Assembly (NCBI RefSeq): GCF_006345805.1
Contig: NC_043013.1
Coordinates: 40,548,001-40,612,000, forward strand
DNA length: 64,000 nucleotides
From: Octopus sinensis
Lineage: Eukaryota
Reading direction: 5' to 3'
Of this stretch, positions 50,393 through 63,548 are shown one piece after another. Made by a program: the position numbers and the translations under genes. The notes below the pieces were generated by a model, which did not search any database, was not told where the DNA came from, and worked only from the letters and a program-made list of their open reading frames with translations. The first letter of the stretch is position 1, and each line of letters opens with the position of its first letter.

Positions 50393-51431
50393 TTAATAGC
50401 ATCGATGCGATCCCCAGTGATAAGAAAATTTCTGAGATTATTCCAAGATCAACGCATGTCTTACATCTGATGAACATCTTGTTCGTTTTAATAGTAATAA
50501 ATGTATTCTAGAGCTTTCAACACTATTTTCTGTCTTTGTTCTTTTTTTCTGTGAAAGTATAAGATTACAGCATCAAGAATCATGATACCTTTTTTCATCA
50601 ACCGCATGCATTTTTAGCTTTATAAGCATCAAGCGATGTTTTTGTAAACCAAGCTATTGGATTACTTTTGTCATAAGATAAACAATTTGACACTAGATAA
50701 ACAATTTGACACTACACAAACAATTTGACAGTCAGTGTCAGTGGTTGTTACAATAACAGCTGTTTTAGATTTTATGCTAATATTTTGATACAGTCAAAAG
50801 TATTCAACTTCTTCACGACTTGTCAAAGGGAGTCTTATGTTTGATTGTGACTTGGAGTCGCTTTATCCAGGAGAATGTTACCATATACAAAGAATCGAAA
50901 ACAGCATTTCCATTTTCCTATTTTGTACTTTTTGATTTTGGTAATTTTGAACTGAGCTCGGTTTTATAAGCTTCGGAAAAGAGATGCTGACGGTTGTAGT
51001 GTGAGCATATATGTTTTTACCACAATCGTTCTACCTAAAGCATTTAAAATTATCAATAATAATATGGGTCCCGGTATATTGCAGCAGATCTTCGTCGCTA
51101 TTTATCAAATATTCGGCAAGCGTTCTCCTTGGTGGGGCATAGTAATATTTTGGTGAAGTAAGCGTAGGGTTATGTTGAATTTATACTTTTTGTACACAAT
51201 GTTTAGTATACCAATAAGAGAAAATGGGTAATTCGATAATGAATTATTAAAAAAATTCTTTATATCCCTTCTGTGGACAATTATCAAATTTTTGACGCTT
51301 TAGAAACAACAGGTCGTTTTCATCATATTCATAAGATCTGATGTCACTAAAAAGGGAATAAGATTATTTTCTTCGATTTAGTGGTATGTGAAAACATGTA
51401 GGTAATTACAAATGCGTATATTTGTGGTGTG

Positions 51432-51462
<31 letters not shown>

Positions 51463-51795
51463 TGTGTGTGTTTGTGTGAATATGTGTGTGTGTGTTTGTG
51501 CGTGCGTGCATGCGTGTATGTAGTATAGAACTGGTCAGTACTGAAAGCAATGTCATCTTAATTCCTTATGGAGAAATAAACTGGAGACAGACTTATGTGT
51601 GCGAGTGTGTCTAAGAGTAGTGACTCTTATATTTCTGGCGACAAAAAATCTAGGTACACAAGAAAAATGTGGTGCTGCAGAGTGTTGATAGGGCAATAAA
51701 TGGCGTTGGCGGGTGAGGGATAAAAGAATCGAATGGTGTGAAATGGGTTGAAATGGTGTGGAAGTAAGAGGTAGCATCTGTGAAGGTAGAGAAAG

Positions 51796-51878
<83 letters not shown>

Positions 51879-51917
51879 GGGAAGCAGGTAGATAGATAGA
51901 GATTTAAGGTACTGGTA

Positions 51918-51956
<39 letters not shown>

Positions 51957-52109
51957 TATATATGAACAGAGATGAAAATTAACAGGTCATTTTATTCCCA
52001 CCAGCCAGTTTTGTGAATTCAGCAAAAAGGGAAGAAAAAACTTTCATCATTGATACAAAGGCTTTTGCAGCTGAGAAGATTCACGGAAGATTTTTGTTAC
52101 TTTTTGAGC

Positions 52110-52790
52110 ATATTTTCCGCAAGTTTATACTGAAATCTTGTAGGCATAACTACAGATTTCTGCCCCTACCCACCGATTTTGGATGATTGTAACATTCAGA
52201 AAAATGGATATTTTTTAATGAAATTGTCTACGAATATGTGTTATATCATGTAGATTCCGAATATAGAAAATTTTGTGGGAAAAGTATTTTACGAGGGGTT
52301 CGAGTGGGGAGTTTCGGAAATTTCACCGGACTCCACTTCAATTCGTCTTAACTTTCAAGAAAATTGATATTTTTTAATGAAATTATCTATAAATATACCT
52401 CGGACTATGTAGATTCCGTGGATATAGGAATTTTGGAGGAAAATAATTGGGGGCTATTTTTGAGAATTGTTCCCCACTCGCGAGTGTTTCTGAACAAGTC
52501 GTCCATATTTGTTTCCTTGGATTTATATCCGCTATCCACGATAAAGTGTCACCAAGTTATGGACGAAAAACTCGGATTTTGTGAATTTTCCGAAGTCCTC
52601 TCCCCAGCCCTCGGAAAAGATTTTCCCACAAATTTCTTTATAATCGTAATCTATGCCGGTTGAAAGGTATTTATATAAAATTTCATTTAAAAAAAGCATT
52701 TTCCTAAAAGTTGAGGGGAAGACTCGGATCTTGTGAATTTTCCGAAGTCTTCCCCACCTCGTTGATTTCCGCGCATTTTTTTTTTTTCAT
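52110..52790. mobile_element. Probable non-autonomous rolling-circle or TIR element with internal direct repeats
   Basis: gatatttttt.aatgaaatt.tcta...atgtagattccg x2 and actcggat.ttgtgaattttccgaagtc x2; class is a guess. Confidence 0.35.
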
Positions 52791-52899
52791 ATACGTTTCT
52801 TACACATTTTTGTTTACATCCGTTGCACAATTTTGAAAATTTTGTTTCCAGGTAATATTGTAAACATTAACCAAATTTTGAATAACAAAAATTAAATAT

Positions 52900-53071
52900 A
52901 GGCGCAGGAGTGGCTGTGTGATAAGTAGCTTGCTTACCAACCACATGGTTCCGGGTTCAGTCCCACTGCGTGGCATCTTGGGCAGGTGTCTTCTGCTATA
53001 GCCTCGGGCCGACCAATGCCTTGTGAGTGGATTTGGTAGACGGAAACTGAAAGAAGCCTGTCGAATATATG

Positions 53072-53102
<31 letters not shown>

Positions 53103-53312
53103 ATATGTTTGTGTGTCTGTTTGTCCCCCCACCATCGCTTGACAACCGATGCTGGTGTGTTTACGTCCCCGTCACTTAGCGGTTCGGCAAAAAGAGATCG
53201 ATAGAATAAGTACTGGGCTTACAAAAAATAAGTCCCGGGGTCGATATGCTCGACTAAAGGCGGTGCTCCAGCATGGCCGCAGTCAAATGACTGAAACAAG
53301 TAAAAGAGTAAA
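52900..53312 (+). mobile_element. SINE family B, full length
   Basis: aggcgcaggagtggctgtgtg...gactgaaacaagtaaaagag. Confidence 0.93.
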
Positions 53313-53493
53313 AAGAGAGAGAGAGTATCACAAGGGGGCATCAGGATTTTAGAAATGATTCGGTGGGGAATGGCCAGAAATTGGTTGGGAACCACTGGTC
53401 TATACTAATCACTTCGCTACCCCCAATTCTTTCTTTTCATATAACAGTCTGTTCACGTTTGCAGTTAGCACTTATCATTATTATTATTATTAC

Positions 53494-53547
<54 letters not shown>

Positions 53548-53549
<2 letters not shown>

Positions 53550-53815
53550 GACAATAAAGAAGAGTGCAACTGTTATCAAATGAACGATATTTCGACATTT
53601 CGTGTGTCTGTGGGATACACTCTTCTTTATTGTTTCTTTACTTTCTGGAGGAGTAACATCGATCCTATAAATATTACCAAAATGAAGTAGATTGACAATT
53701 TTATTTTTGAACCTGTGGAAGACACACGAAATGTCGAAATATTGTTAATTTGATAACAGTCGCATTCTTCGTTATTGTTTCGTTACTTTCTGGAGGAATA
53801 ACATCAATCCTATAA
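53548..53815. mobile_element. Short hammerhead-bearing element with inverted and tandem pLTR-like segments in (TAA)n
   Basis: 53550-53610 is the reverse complement of ~53720-53780; 53620-53670 repeats at 53770-53815. Confidence 0.7.
53708..53749 (+). ncRNA. Minimal hammerhead motif (A6U variant), partly mutated
   Basis: TGAAC-CTGTGGA-A-GAC-acacgaaat-GTC-GAAA-T-ATT-GTTAA. The inverted copy keeps ATC-GTTCA, which restores stem I and an AUC triplet. Confidence 0.55.
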
Positions 53816-54455
53816 TAATAATAATTATTACTGTTGTTGTTGTTGTTGCTGTTATAAGAAGAAGAAGCAAAAGCAGAAGAATTTTCATTCGAACTCTGTA
53901 GGCGATAAGGATGCTGTGTATTTCGTATTTAGGCTAATATGACAAATGACACAGCTTCGAGAATGTAAAGAGAAAGAGATGTCATAATGTTACAGAATGA
54001 ACGTTGAACTGAATTCAAAAACAATATAGCACTGGACATAATATTCTCTAGATTCTCTCAAGCGTTGGATTTGGTATATGTCAATTACATTTTAATTGCT
54101 TCTAATGGGTCGACGCTGCTTAATGTTGCGTGTGCGAAACATTGTCAGAATAATGCACTTCGCCAGAATAAAGCACGCGGTGTAAGTATGCACATTGCCA
54201 GAATAATGCACATTATGCTATATTTCCCCCGCGTAATGTAAGTATGTAAATGAAGCTGAGTTACTTTTGCAAAACAAGCGTCCGGTAGATTTTTTCGAAA
54301 TTATTTCATGGAATTTAAAACGAATAAAAAAGAATTGTAAGCCAATATATTGACATTGCATCCAATGTATAAATAGAATATGTGACAGCTTTAGTGTGGC
54401 ATTGGATAAGAAAACAGGAGACAGACAGGGTAATCTATATTGTATACATTTCTTT

Positions 54456-54495
<40 letters not shown>

Positions 54496-54496
54496 G

Positions 54497-54529
<33 letters not shown>

Positions 54530-54891
54530 ACCATCTATCTCCTTGTTCATTTCGCTCTCTCTCTCTCACTCTCTCTCACTCTCTCTCTCTCTTGCTCTTT
54601 CTCTCTACCATCTCTATCTCCCTGTTCATTTCTCTCTCTCTCTCTCTCAACATTTGCCACTCTTTCTGCATGTGTATGTATATATGCATATTTGTTTGTG
54701 TGTATGTGTATGTATGATTGTGTGTGTCTATTAGTGGCAGCTTTCGTCTTTTCGTATCTCTCCCCCCTCTCTCTCCATGTCTTCTGTCTCTTTCATCTTT
54801 TCTTTTCCTCTTCTCCTTCTCCCTCCTCTACAAATATATTCCATTTCCCACCCCATCACCTCACCTCTTTCCCCGTATATTTTATATCCTT

Positions 54892-55279
54892 CACTTGTTT
54901 CAGCCATTAGACGGGGGCCATGCTAGGTCACTGCCTTGAAGAATAGTTTAGTCGAACTAATCGGCTCCAGTACTTATTTTTTAAAGCCTGGTACTTATTC
55001 TATCAGTCCATTTTGCTGAACCGCAAAGTTACGGGGACGTAAACACACCAACACTGGTTGTCAAAGAGTGGTGGTGGTGGGCAAACACAAACTCAGACAC
55101 GCACACATACACACATATATATATGGCGGGTTTCTTTCAGTTTCCGTCTTCCAAATCCACTCGCAAGGCTTTGGTCAGCCTGAGACTATAGTAGCAGACA
55201 TCTAACCAAGGTTCCACGCAGTGGGACTGAACACGGAGCCATGTGGTTGAAGAGCAAGCACCTTACCACGCCTGCGCCT
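54892..55279 (-). mobile_element. SINE family B
   Basis: Reverse-complement family B motifs. Confidence 0.88.
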
Positions 55280-55654
55280 TCTCTTCTTCTGTATCGTGAA
55301 ATTTACCAATAAACGCCCTCACATGTACTTCACGTCGGATCCTACCCGTTTTACACACACCACACACACACACACACACACACTACTCTCTTCACATCAT
55401 CAACACAATAGCACATCATATGCACATCTATTCCCCTAATGCACACGTATACACACCCTCACACAGCATACTCACACATATTTCCCTACACACACACGGA
55501 AGGTCACAAACTTTCTTACCCATTCTTTTGTTTACCTCACTTATTTCCCTCTACTCTCGTTCTTTTGTCTACAAAACGCTAATCTTCTTCACACGGCCGC
55601 TCTACCCAGTTTTCTTCTACCATTCACCATGCTCTCTTTCTCCTTCTCACTTTT

Positions 55655-55695
55655 CTGTTTTTGACGAAAGACCATTGTCCGAAACGTTTAGGTTC
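55655..55695 (+). ncRNA. Degenerate minimal hammerhead motif
   Basis: TTGACGA-A-AGAC-catt-GTCC-GAAA-CGTT; stems partly broken. Confidence 0.4.
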
Positions 55696-55946
55696 CCTCC
55701 ACGCAGCCTATTTGTATGGACTTTACACTTTTGTTCGCTGCTCTATTGTTGTTTTGTTTATTTTGTTTTATTTCTCATGATTCTATTTCGGTATTCTGTT
55801 CCAACACTGACGCAGACGACCGGTTTATCTCTGGATTTATATTTTCCGAATAATATCTTCACTTCATCGCAAGCAAAAATAAAAATAAAAGGTGTGGTTC
55901 TAATTCCAGTTCCAAAAATTGAAAAATACAAGATTTGTTACGAATA

Positions 55947-56001
<55 letters not shown>

Positions 56002-56278
56002 GTTGTTGTTGTTGTTGTTGTTGTTTCTTTTTTCATTTTCAATTAGTATAACGCCTATTTAGTTTGACGTCATTATAGACTATTAAGCAGAACTTTATAC
56101 TAGGCAAACCCTTTGTAGAGCTAGACTGTAATAGGGTGTGTCCACAAGTAGCGGATAATGGATCGGCCTCTCGATAAATATAGAGGTCAGCTGTGGTGGT
56201 TAATAAACAATCTCGAAGCAACAGCTAAGCATTGCTCAAGATGTTATATAATAAGGCAGCTAAAAGTCCTCTTCATAC

Positions 56279-56402
56279 AAACTCTGCTTCCGTGTGCAAT
56301 TTAGATAGAGTCAGCCTTTTCTCCCTCTGCTGCTCAGGTCTTTGATTTCGCGTAGGGTCAAGAGGCTGAGGGTCCGAGTGCGCTTGCACTTCACATGGGC
56401 AA
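56279..56402 (-). other. Candidate internal exon (unverified)
   Basis: Acceptor ttttttcttttttctacag at 56403+, donor-like TTT|GTATGA, one frame open throughout (CPCEVQAHSDPQPLDPTRNQRPEQQREKRLTLSKLHTEAEF). No recognisable domain. Confidence 0.3.
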
Positions 56403-56499
56403 CTGTAGAAAAAAGAAAAAAGCTCTATAGAATAAGAGAAGGAGGTCGATCTTGCTATCAAGTCATACACGGAAGCAGCGACGTGAATGAGTGAAGGAG

Positions 56500-56550
<51 letters not shown>

Positions 56551-56981
56551 GAGGAAGAAAGAAATAAAGCAAGAAAGAAAGAAAGAAAGAGAGAGACAGA
56601 AAAAGAGACAAAGAGAGAAAAAAAGAAAGGGAAAAAGAGAAAGGAGAGAGGGAGAGTAGGAGAGAGAGAACTAGAGAGAAAGAAAGAGAGGGAGAAAGGG
56701 AGAAAGAAAGTGAGAGGAGGGAAGAAAGAGGGAAAAGTGAGAGAGAGAAAGAAAGAAAGAAAGAAAGAGAAGGGAGAGGAGAGGAGAGAGAGAGAGAAAA
56801 GAAGAGGAGCACGGCAGCATAGAGGGGATGTGAAGGAGAGCAGGTTGGAAAATAAGGCAAATGAATGAGCAACTAAGAAATTGTGGAAGAGAAAAGCAAA
56901 TGTATTAAAAAGGGAAATAGGTATATGGAAAGCTTGGAAGGGTTGTAGGGGATGACATACAAGTTGCAAGGCAAATACGTG

Positions 56982-57243
56982 CAGTGGTGGACTGGCCAGG
57001 TTACCAGCTTTCCCGATTAGAATCCATATATGGGGAAGGGGGCATGTTAGTATCTGAGGGGCTCATCCCCTCAAGTTTGAGAATTTTTTATTCACACCTG
57101 GAAGAATGCATTACTTCAGCCTGGCTGTGTTTGTAGACAGATGAAAATACTTAAAAAAAAAAATATTAAATGATAGCATTGTAGTTGCGTGTGGGCCGTT
57201 TAGTCTCCTGGCAACCAATATTTTTAGACCCAGTCCGCCACTG
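56982..57243. mobile_element. hAT-type MITE
   Basis: TIR cagtggtggactgg / ccagtccgccactg; 8-bp TSD aatacgtg / aatacctg (7 of 8 match). Confidence 0.85.
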
Positions 57244-57634
57244 AATACCTGTATTGGAAGAGAGAAAAGGTGCGAAAAAATGATAATTGATAAAGTTTGT
57301 TGAAAACTGTTTTTTTTTAATATGAAACAAGAGACGAAGAGAAAGAAGAGGCGTTAGAAAGATAAAGATTATGTATTCCCTAGGGGCTCAGAACATTGAC
57401 ATACACATACATACATACATACATACATACATACATACATACATACATACATACATACATACATACATACATACATGTATGTATGTATGTATGTATGTAT
57501 GTGAATGCATATATATGTATTACACACACACACAAAGCAGTGCGTGTTCATGCATACGTATATCTATTATATAAATAATATCCAATTCTTGCTAGTGCAG
57601 ATAATCATTATTCTTATATAACCATAAAACACAT

Positions 57635-57674
<40 letters not shown>

Positions 57675-58789
57675 ACGTCAGCGATAGGTAGTACACAAGT
57701 TGTAATTTCTCCGTTTGAAGGGAATTTTCCAAATTTTTTTCATGGTGTCCTTGGAAATGGTGGGGAGCATCTTTTTAGCAAAAAAGTTTTCCAAAAATGA
57801 TGTTTTTTTACTCCCTCCCTCGTATATATTTTTAAATCCTCCATCCCAACCCGAACCGATTTTGGTCGATTTTAAAAAAATTCTGTTTCTTTTACTAAAA
57901 CGTTGCTCCCCGTCATTTCCAGGGCACTCCTGCATGACGGCTTATATATATATATATATATCAAAAGGATGTGTTATAACACTATTTCACATATACAAAA
58001 ACAGCTATACCAAAATGCCTCCATCATCAGCTGCCTCACGGATATCATTATGGTTTCGACACCTGGGCAGTACTATTCAATCTGGCGGTGGCAACAGCAC
58101 TAAAATGTACACGTTCAATAGTTACAGACTCAAATAGGCGATAGAGAGAGGGGGGGTAGATCACGACGACGATTAGAAGAGAAAGTATTCCTCCAAAGGC
58201 CTTTCAATGCCCACCCACCCTCACACACACATACACAGAATTAGTAAATTAGAGTCCAAAGTTGGCTTAAACCTTCAAAAAAATCTTCAAAACAAGCTAA
58301 ATTATTGTTGACGACATGTATGCTACGATAGAGCATGTGAATTCATCTACATAAGGAATTCATTACCTGCTGCTAAGCTTAGATTAACAGTTAGCTGTAC
58401 GATCTCGTGTCATTGTTTCAAACCGCACTATTGTGGTTTCACACAGAAGAAGGGACTTGTTGTATATTCTGCCTTGTTGACATTTGGGATCAAGGGAATT
58501 GATCCTTATTTTGATTTCTATTCCCAGTCCCCAATCAATTTGCGATATATTCGAAATTCTTAAAAATTAATTCACTTCTAGACACATTTTTTTGTATTTT
58601 TGCCCTTTTTGTCTCAAAGACTTTCTGATTCTTCAAAAATTTATTCTTTTATTAGAGTTCCTACTGGATACATTCCCCAAAGTGAGATCATGTATCACAG
58701 CATGGTTTAAGGAATGGAAATATTTATAAACTAAATTTCTATCTGTTTATAAAATGGGCGATATATGTATGTGTGTATGGGTACATATG

Positions 58790-58801
58790 TGTGTGTGTAT
58801 G

Positions 58802-58852
<51 letters not shown>

Positions 58853-58873
58853 ATATATATGTATATATGTATG

Positions 58874-58904
<31 letters not shown>

Positions 58905-58927
58905 ATATATATGTATATATATGTATG

Positions 58928-58958
<31 letters not shown>

Positions 58959-59109
58959 ATATATGTATATATATGTATGTATATATATATATATATATGT
59001 ATGTATATATATGTATATATATGTATGTATATATATATATATGTATGTATGTATATATATATATGTATGTATGTATATATATATATGTATGTATGTATAT
59101 GTATGTATG

Positions 59110-59142
<33 letters not shown>

Positions 59143-59385
59143 ATATATATATGTATGTATGTATATATATGTATATGTGTCTATGTATATATATAATATA
59201 TATGTATCTATGTATATATATATATATATGTATCTATGTATATATATATGTATGTATATATGTATGTATATATATGTATATATATGTATGTATATATATG
59301 TGTATATATGTATGTATATATGTATGTATATATATATGTATATATATATTTATCTATATGTATTTATGTATGTATCTATGCATGC

Positions 59386-59418
<33 letters not shown>

Positions 59419-59450
59419 TGTATGTATGTATGTATGTGTGCGTGTATATG
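58790..59450. repeat. Compound (TA)n/(TATG)n microsatellite
   Basis: Source of the Y/I/M/C-rich artefact ORFs. Confidence 0.95.
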
Positions 59451-59709
59451 TATGTATGCGCGCTCGTGTGTTTGCTGAGTTGACAGTACAATATACAGGA
59501 AAAAACCTGTATTCATTATATTGTCGTTTTCATTGTTGAAATTGTTATTGCTGTTGCTGCTGCTGCTGCTGATAACAGCAATGATGAGGTCGATGATGCT
59601 AAGATGATAATAATGATGGCAATGAATGTGACAATAATGCTAATAGTGATGATGATGATGCTAGTCAAACTGTTTTCAGTTTACTCGTTTAAGAATTTTA
59701 TTAAACGTT

Positions 59710-59852
59710 TTCAGTTCAAATTCCGGCGAGGTCGACTTTGCATTTCATCCTTTCGGGGTCGATAAATTAAGTACCAGTGAAACACTGGGATCAATGTAAT
59801 CGATACATCCTTTCTCCCCAAATGGCTGCTCTTATGGCAAAATCTGAAACCA
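59710..59852 (+). mobile_element. SINE family A, 5'-truncated
   Basis: gttcaaattccggcgaggtcgac...aaatctgaaacc + (ATT)n. Confidence 0.85.
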
Positions 59853-59877
59853 TTATTAATTATTATTATTATTATTA

Positions 59878-59921
<44 letters not shown>

Positions 59922-60830
59922 GACCTTGCACAGCTTCTAACGCTGGAGATGTACTACAGTGAGCTAAGGTAACACCTTATATTTCGAGCACCTTCCGGAG
60001 CATTCGAGTGCTTCCAAGCAGTGCAGTTTTCTGCAAGTGCTCCGCCCTTATTGCATCCCCTATTTGCCCCACGTACTTCTCGAGATTTTTGCTCACAGTT
60101 CCCAGGGCTTTGACAGTTATTGGTATTACTGCTACCTTTTTCATCGACCACAACTGCTTAACTTCCCAAGCTAATCTGTCATATCTCTCAATTTTTCTTT
60201 CTTCCTTATCGCATACCTTGTTGGCAGCTGGGCATACTATATCTACGATCCAGCATAGTTTGTTTTCTTTCTCAAGACTATGTCTGGCTTCCTATTCTCT
60301 ATCTCATGGTCATATTGAATCATAACATCCCATAGGATCTTTGCATTTCTGTTTTTGACGATGCCTTCAGGTTTGTGGTCGTACTAATTTTTTGCTCTGT
60401 CAAGTCCATACTTGTGGCAAAGTGTCCAATGGACAAGCCTGATAATATTGTCGTGGCGTCTCTTATATTCCTTCTGGGCTAGTGGCGTACATTGGCTGGT
60501 AATATGCCATACGGTTTCACCGTTTTATCCACAGATTCTGCGTTTATCACTTTCTGATGTGTTGTCTATTCTGTATTTTATGTAGTTTGTTCTTAGTGCT
60601 TGCTCTTGAGTAGCACAGATTTGAGCCTCCGTTTCCGGTTTTAAATCACTTTTAGTCATCCACAGCCATCTTTTTTCTCTGTCTTGTCTTATCTTTAATA
60701 TCTCTATGAAATTGACCATGCATTCTTTCCTTTACCCACCTATTTTCAGTTTCATTCGTTTTCAATTTCTTGTATAGTGTTTTATCTTTGCAATCTTTCA
60801 TCCTTCACAAGCCTGACCTTATACTTCTAA
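59922..60830 (-). mobile_element. 5'-truncated R4/Dong-type LINE (CCHC + RLE + 3' UTR) inserted in (TAA)n
   Basis: RWVKERMHGQF, QEQALRTNY, RRICG..ETVWHITSQC..LAQKEYKRRHD, ENRKPDIV. Ends ...gtgcaaggtc-AATAAT; TAA repeats on both flanks. Confidence 0.9.
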
Positions 60831-61124
60831 TTACTATTATTATTATTATTATTATAATCATCGTTAATTTGGTTCGTTTTGTTTCCATGTAGATTACTAG
60901 GCACAAATGCTTCATAATTTAGTGAAAGAAACATGATATGACTGTGAAACTTCCTAAGAACATCAGTAGCAGGATTAGCCGCAGTAGCAGTAGTAACATT
61001 AGTGAATTGTATCAATCGAAAGTTGGAAATTTACTCAAATATCAACAAAAATTAGGTAACAAATAGATGGGCATCAAATTAGCGGAATCATTAAAAGATG
61101 CTTTGTAACATTCATTCCACTAAA

Positions 61125-61928
61125 AGCTGCGGGCTTGCAGAATTGCAGGTACGCCGGACAAAATGCTAAGCAGCATTTCGTCCGTCTTTACGTTCTGAAT
61201 TCAAATTCCGCTGATGTCAACTTTGCTTTTCATCCTTTCAGGGTCGATAAAATAAACACTAATTGAACTCTAGAGTCGATGTAATCGACTTATCTCAGTC
61301 CCCCGAAATTGCTGTCCTTGGCAAAAATTTGAAAGTAACATCCATTCTAATTAAAGCAGCGAGCTGGCAGAATCGTTAGCACGCTGGACAAAATGCTTAG
61401 CGGCATTTCACCCGTCTTTGCGTTCTGAGTTCAAATTACACCGAGGCCAACTTTGCCTTTCATTCTTTCGGGATCGATTAAATAAGTACCAGTTGAACAC
61501 TAGGCTTTATGTAATCGACTTATCCCATTCCCCTAAACTGTTGGCCTTGTGCCAAAATTCAAACCCATCTCTGTTAAGTAGTTGATTCCCTAGAAACAAA
61601 CTTTGCACAAATGTTGCGCATGTTCAGATCTTCATAAACAATTCTGTGTTTAGTTGTTTTACCAACTCAAAACTGCATGTTTCTTGTCTTTATAGACACA
61701 CGGCGGTCGGCAGAATCGTTAGCACGCCGGTCGAAATGCTCAGCAGTATTTCGTCTGTCGCTACGTTCTGAGTTCAAATTCCGCCGAGGTTGACTTTGCC
61801 TTTCATCCTTTCGGGGTCGATTAAATAAGTACCAGTTACACACTGGGGTCGATATAATCGACTTGATCCGTTTGTCTGTCCTTGTTTGTCTCTTCTGTGT
61901 TTAGCCCCTTGTGGGTAGTGAAGAAATA
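61125..61928 (+). mobile_element. Three co-oriented SINE family A copies
   Basis: ~61125-61340, ~61353-61565 and ~61700-61928 (long-tail variant). Confidence 0.87.
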
Positions 61929-62250
61929 GGTCTTCATCCAGAAAATAGAGAAGTTACCCGACCAATTGTGATGTTCCAAGGTCGCTCTTCCTCTCACCTC
62001 TCATCATTTCTCACTTCATCTCTATCGTCCTCGAACCTCTTGTGCCAGCGAAAAAGTCGACCCAATAGCAGTTTGGTGGATTTCATAAGTTTCCGTAGCG
62101 TTTTTACCCAGTTTAACACAAAACTTTATTGCGTAGCGAGCTTCTAAACGTCCCAGTTACATTCAGCTAAGTGTGTTGAAAGTTCTGTTACAGCCATCTT
62201 TTTTCTTTCTGGAATAACAAGAGTTATTAGGCCAGTTTATCGATACACAA
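61922..62250 (-). mobile_element. Mariner transposase N-terminal fragment (second subfamily)
   Basis: EARYAIKFCVKLGKNATETYEI...RWHKRFEDDRDEVRNDER. Confidence 0.8.
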
Positions 62251-62491
62251 AACTTACAATTATAACTGCCTCCCCTAAAGTCTCAAATCTTCTAGAATGC
62301 ATCTTGTTGGCGTATATACATTTTGTGCATGTGTGTGTGTGTGCGCGCGTGTGTGCGTAGACAAACACATTCATACATACATACAAACATACATTCATAC
62401 ATACATACATACATACATACATACATACATACATACATACATACATACATGTATATGTGTGTGTATTTATATATATATATATATATATATA

Positions 62492-62780
62492 TGTAGAAAA
62501 ATACAAACTGGGACAAGAACGTAAAACATTTAGAAGACGATACAAAAAACACGGACGGGACATTCAAAGCCTTCAATCTTCAGTCAAGAACCAGATCATC
62601 CCAGCAATTTCGGCTGATTAAGCTTGAGATCGCTCCGATCCGGCCAGCCCCAAGGAATAACTAAGCTACGAGCATTAGATTTCTTGGAAAAAGGATCGAA
62701 TGTATACGAAACAGGGACAGAAAAACGGACGATGCCACACGAATATAAAATACCAAAAACAATAATAGTAAAATAGGACA
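62492..62780. mobile_element. ~290-bp non-coding element next to (TA)n, same family as 10925-11220
   Basis: Shared sequence blocks listed at 10925-11220. Confidence 0.7.
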
Positions 62781-63334
62781 TATATATACACATATATATA
62801 TGGAAAACAAAGATAAATACGGGTCTATGTTAAAGTTCTTATGCGCGTTTCCTCGTTGTGGTTGTTTGGAGCTTACAATAGATGTTCCAGATGCATATGG
62901 GTGCTCACTCACAAAGGACCCTCAAGGACCACTTTACTGTATCGAGTTACAGATTATTCGATCCAGTATAAGCTTATGTTCTCTTTATTTTTCTTGCGTC
63001 TGCTCTGTAGCTCATAACGGTTAATACTACTCAGTAAAGAAGTTGATTAACAACTAATACAGAAAGCAGACTGGATGATGAAAATCTACGTGCAGCTCCA
63101 AACATAACAGTGTGTGTGTGTGTGTAGCGGAAAGATGTAAGGTCCTCACGTCGAACATACCAATTGTAGCGTGACGATGTAGCGACTGTTCAAGTGAAGA
63201 ACACCACAGTAACACGCAGAAGAATAACATCGAAGAATAAAGGATAATATTCACCAATTTATTTTTGCCGGTACAGTTAGTATGACAGATAGTAGTAATT
63301 GTAAATTGTTAGCGATGACAATATATTGGTAGAA

Positions 63335-63548
63335 ACGTTAGCACGCCGGGCGAAATGCGTAGCCGTATTTCGTCTGCTGTTACGTTGTGAGTTCAAATTC
63401 CGCCGAGGTCGACTTTGCCTTTCATCCTTTCGGGGTCGATAAATTAAGTACCAGTTACGTTCTGGGATTGATGTAATCGACTTAATCCCTTTGTCTGTCC
63501 TTGTTTGTCCCCTCTATGTTTAGCCCCTTGTGGGCAATAAAGAAATAA
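63335..63548 (+). mobile_element. SINE family A, long-tail variant
   Basis: gttagcacgccgggcgaaatgcgtagccg...ccccttgtgggcaataaagaaata. Confidence 0.9.

Noticed and set aside
50677-50733. CRISPR-like array (also 54140-54240)
   Set aside because: Short tandem repeats without unique spacers, in a eukaryotic context with no cas genes.
50960-51290. Short protein-like frames on minus (e.g. TSPKYYYAPPRRTLAEYL)
   Set aside because: Short, no family recognised, no supported splice pair.
58030-58080. Permuted hammerhead on minus (GTCGAAA...CTGATGA)
   Set aside because: Helices II and III do not pair; single copy.
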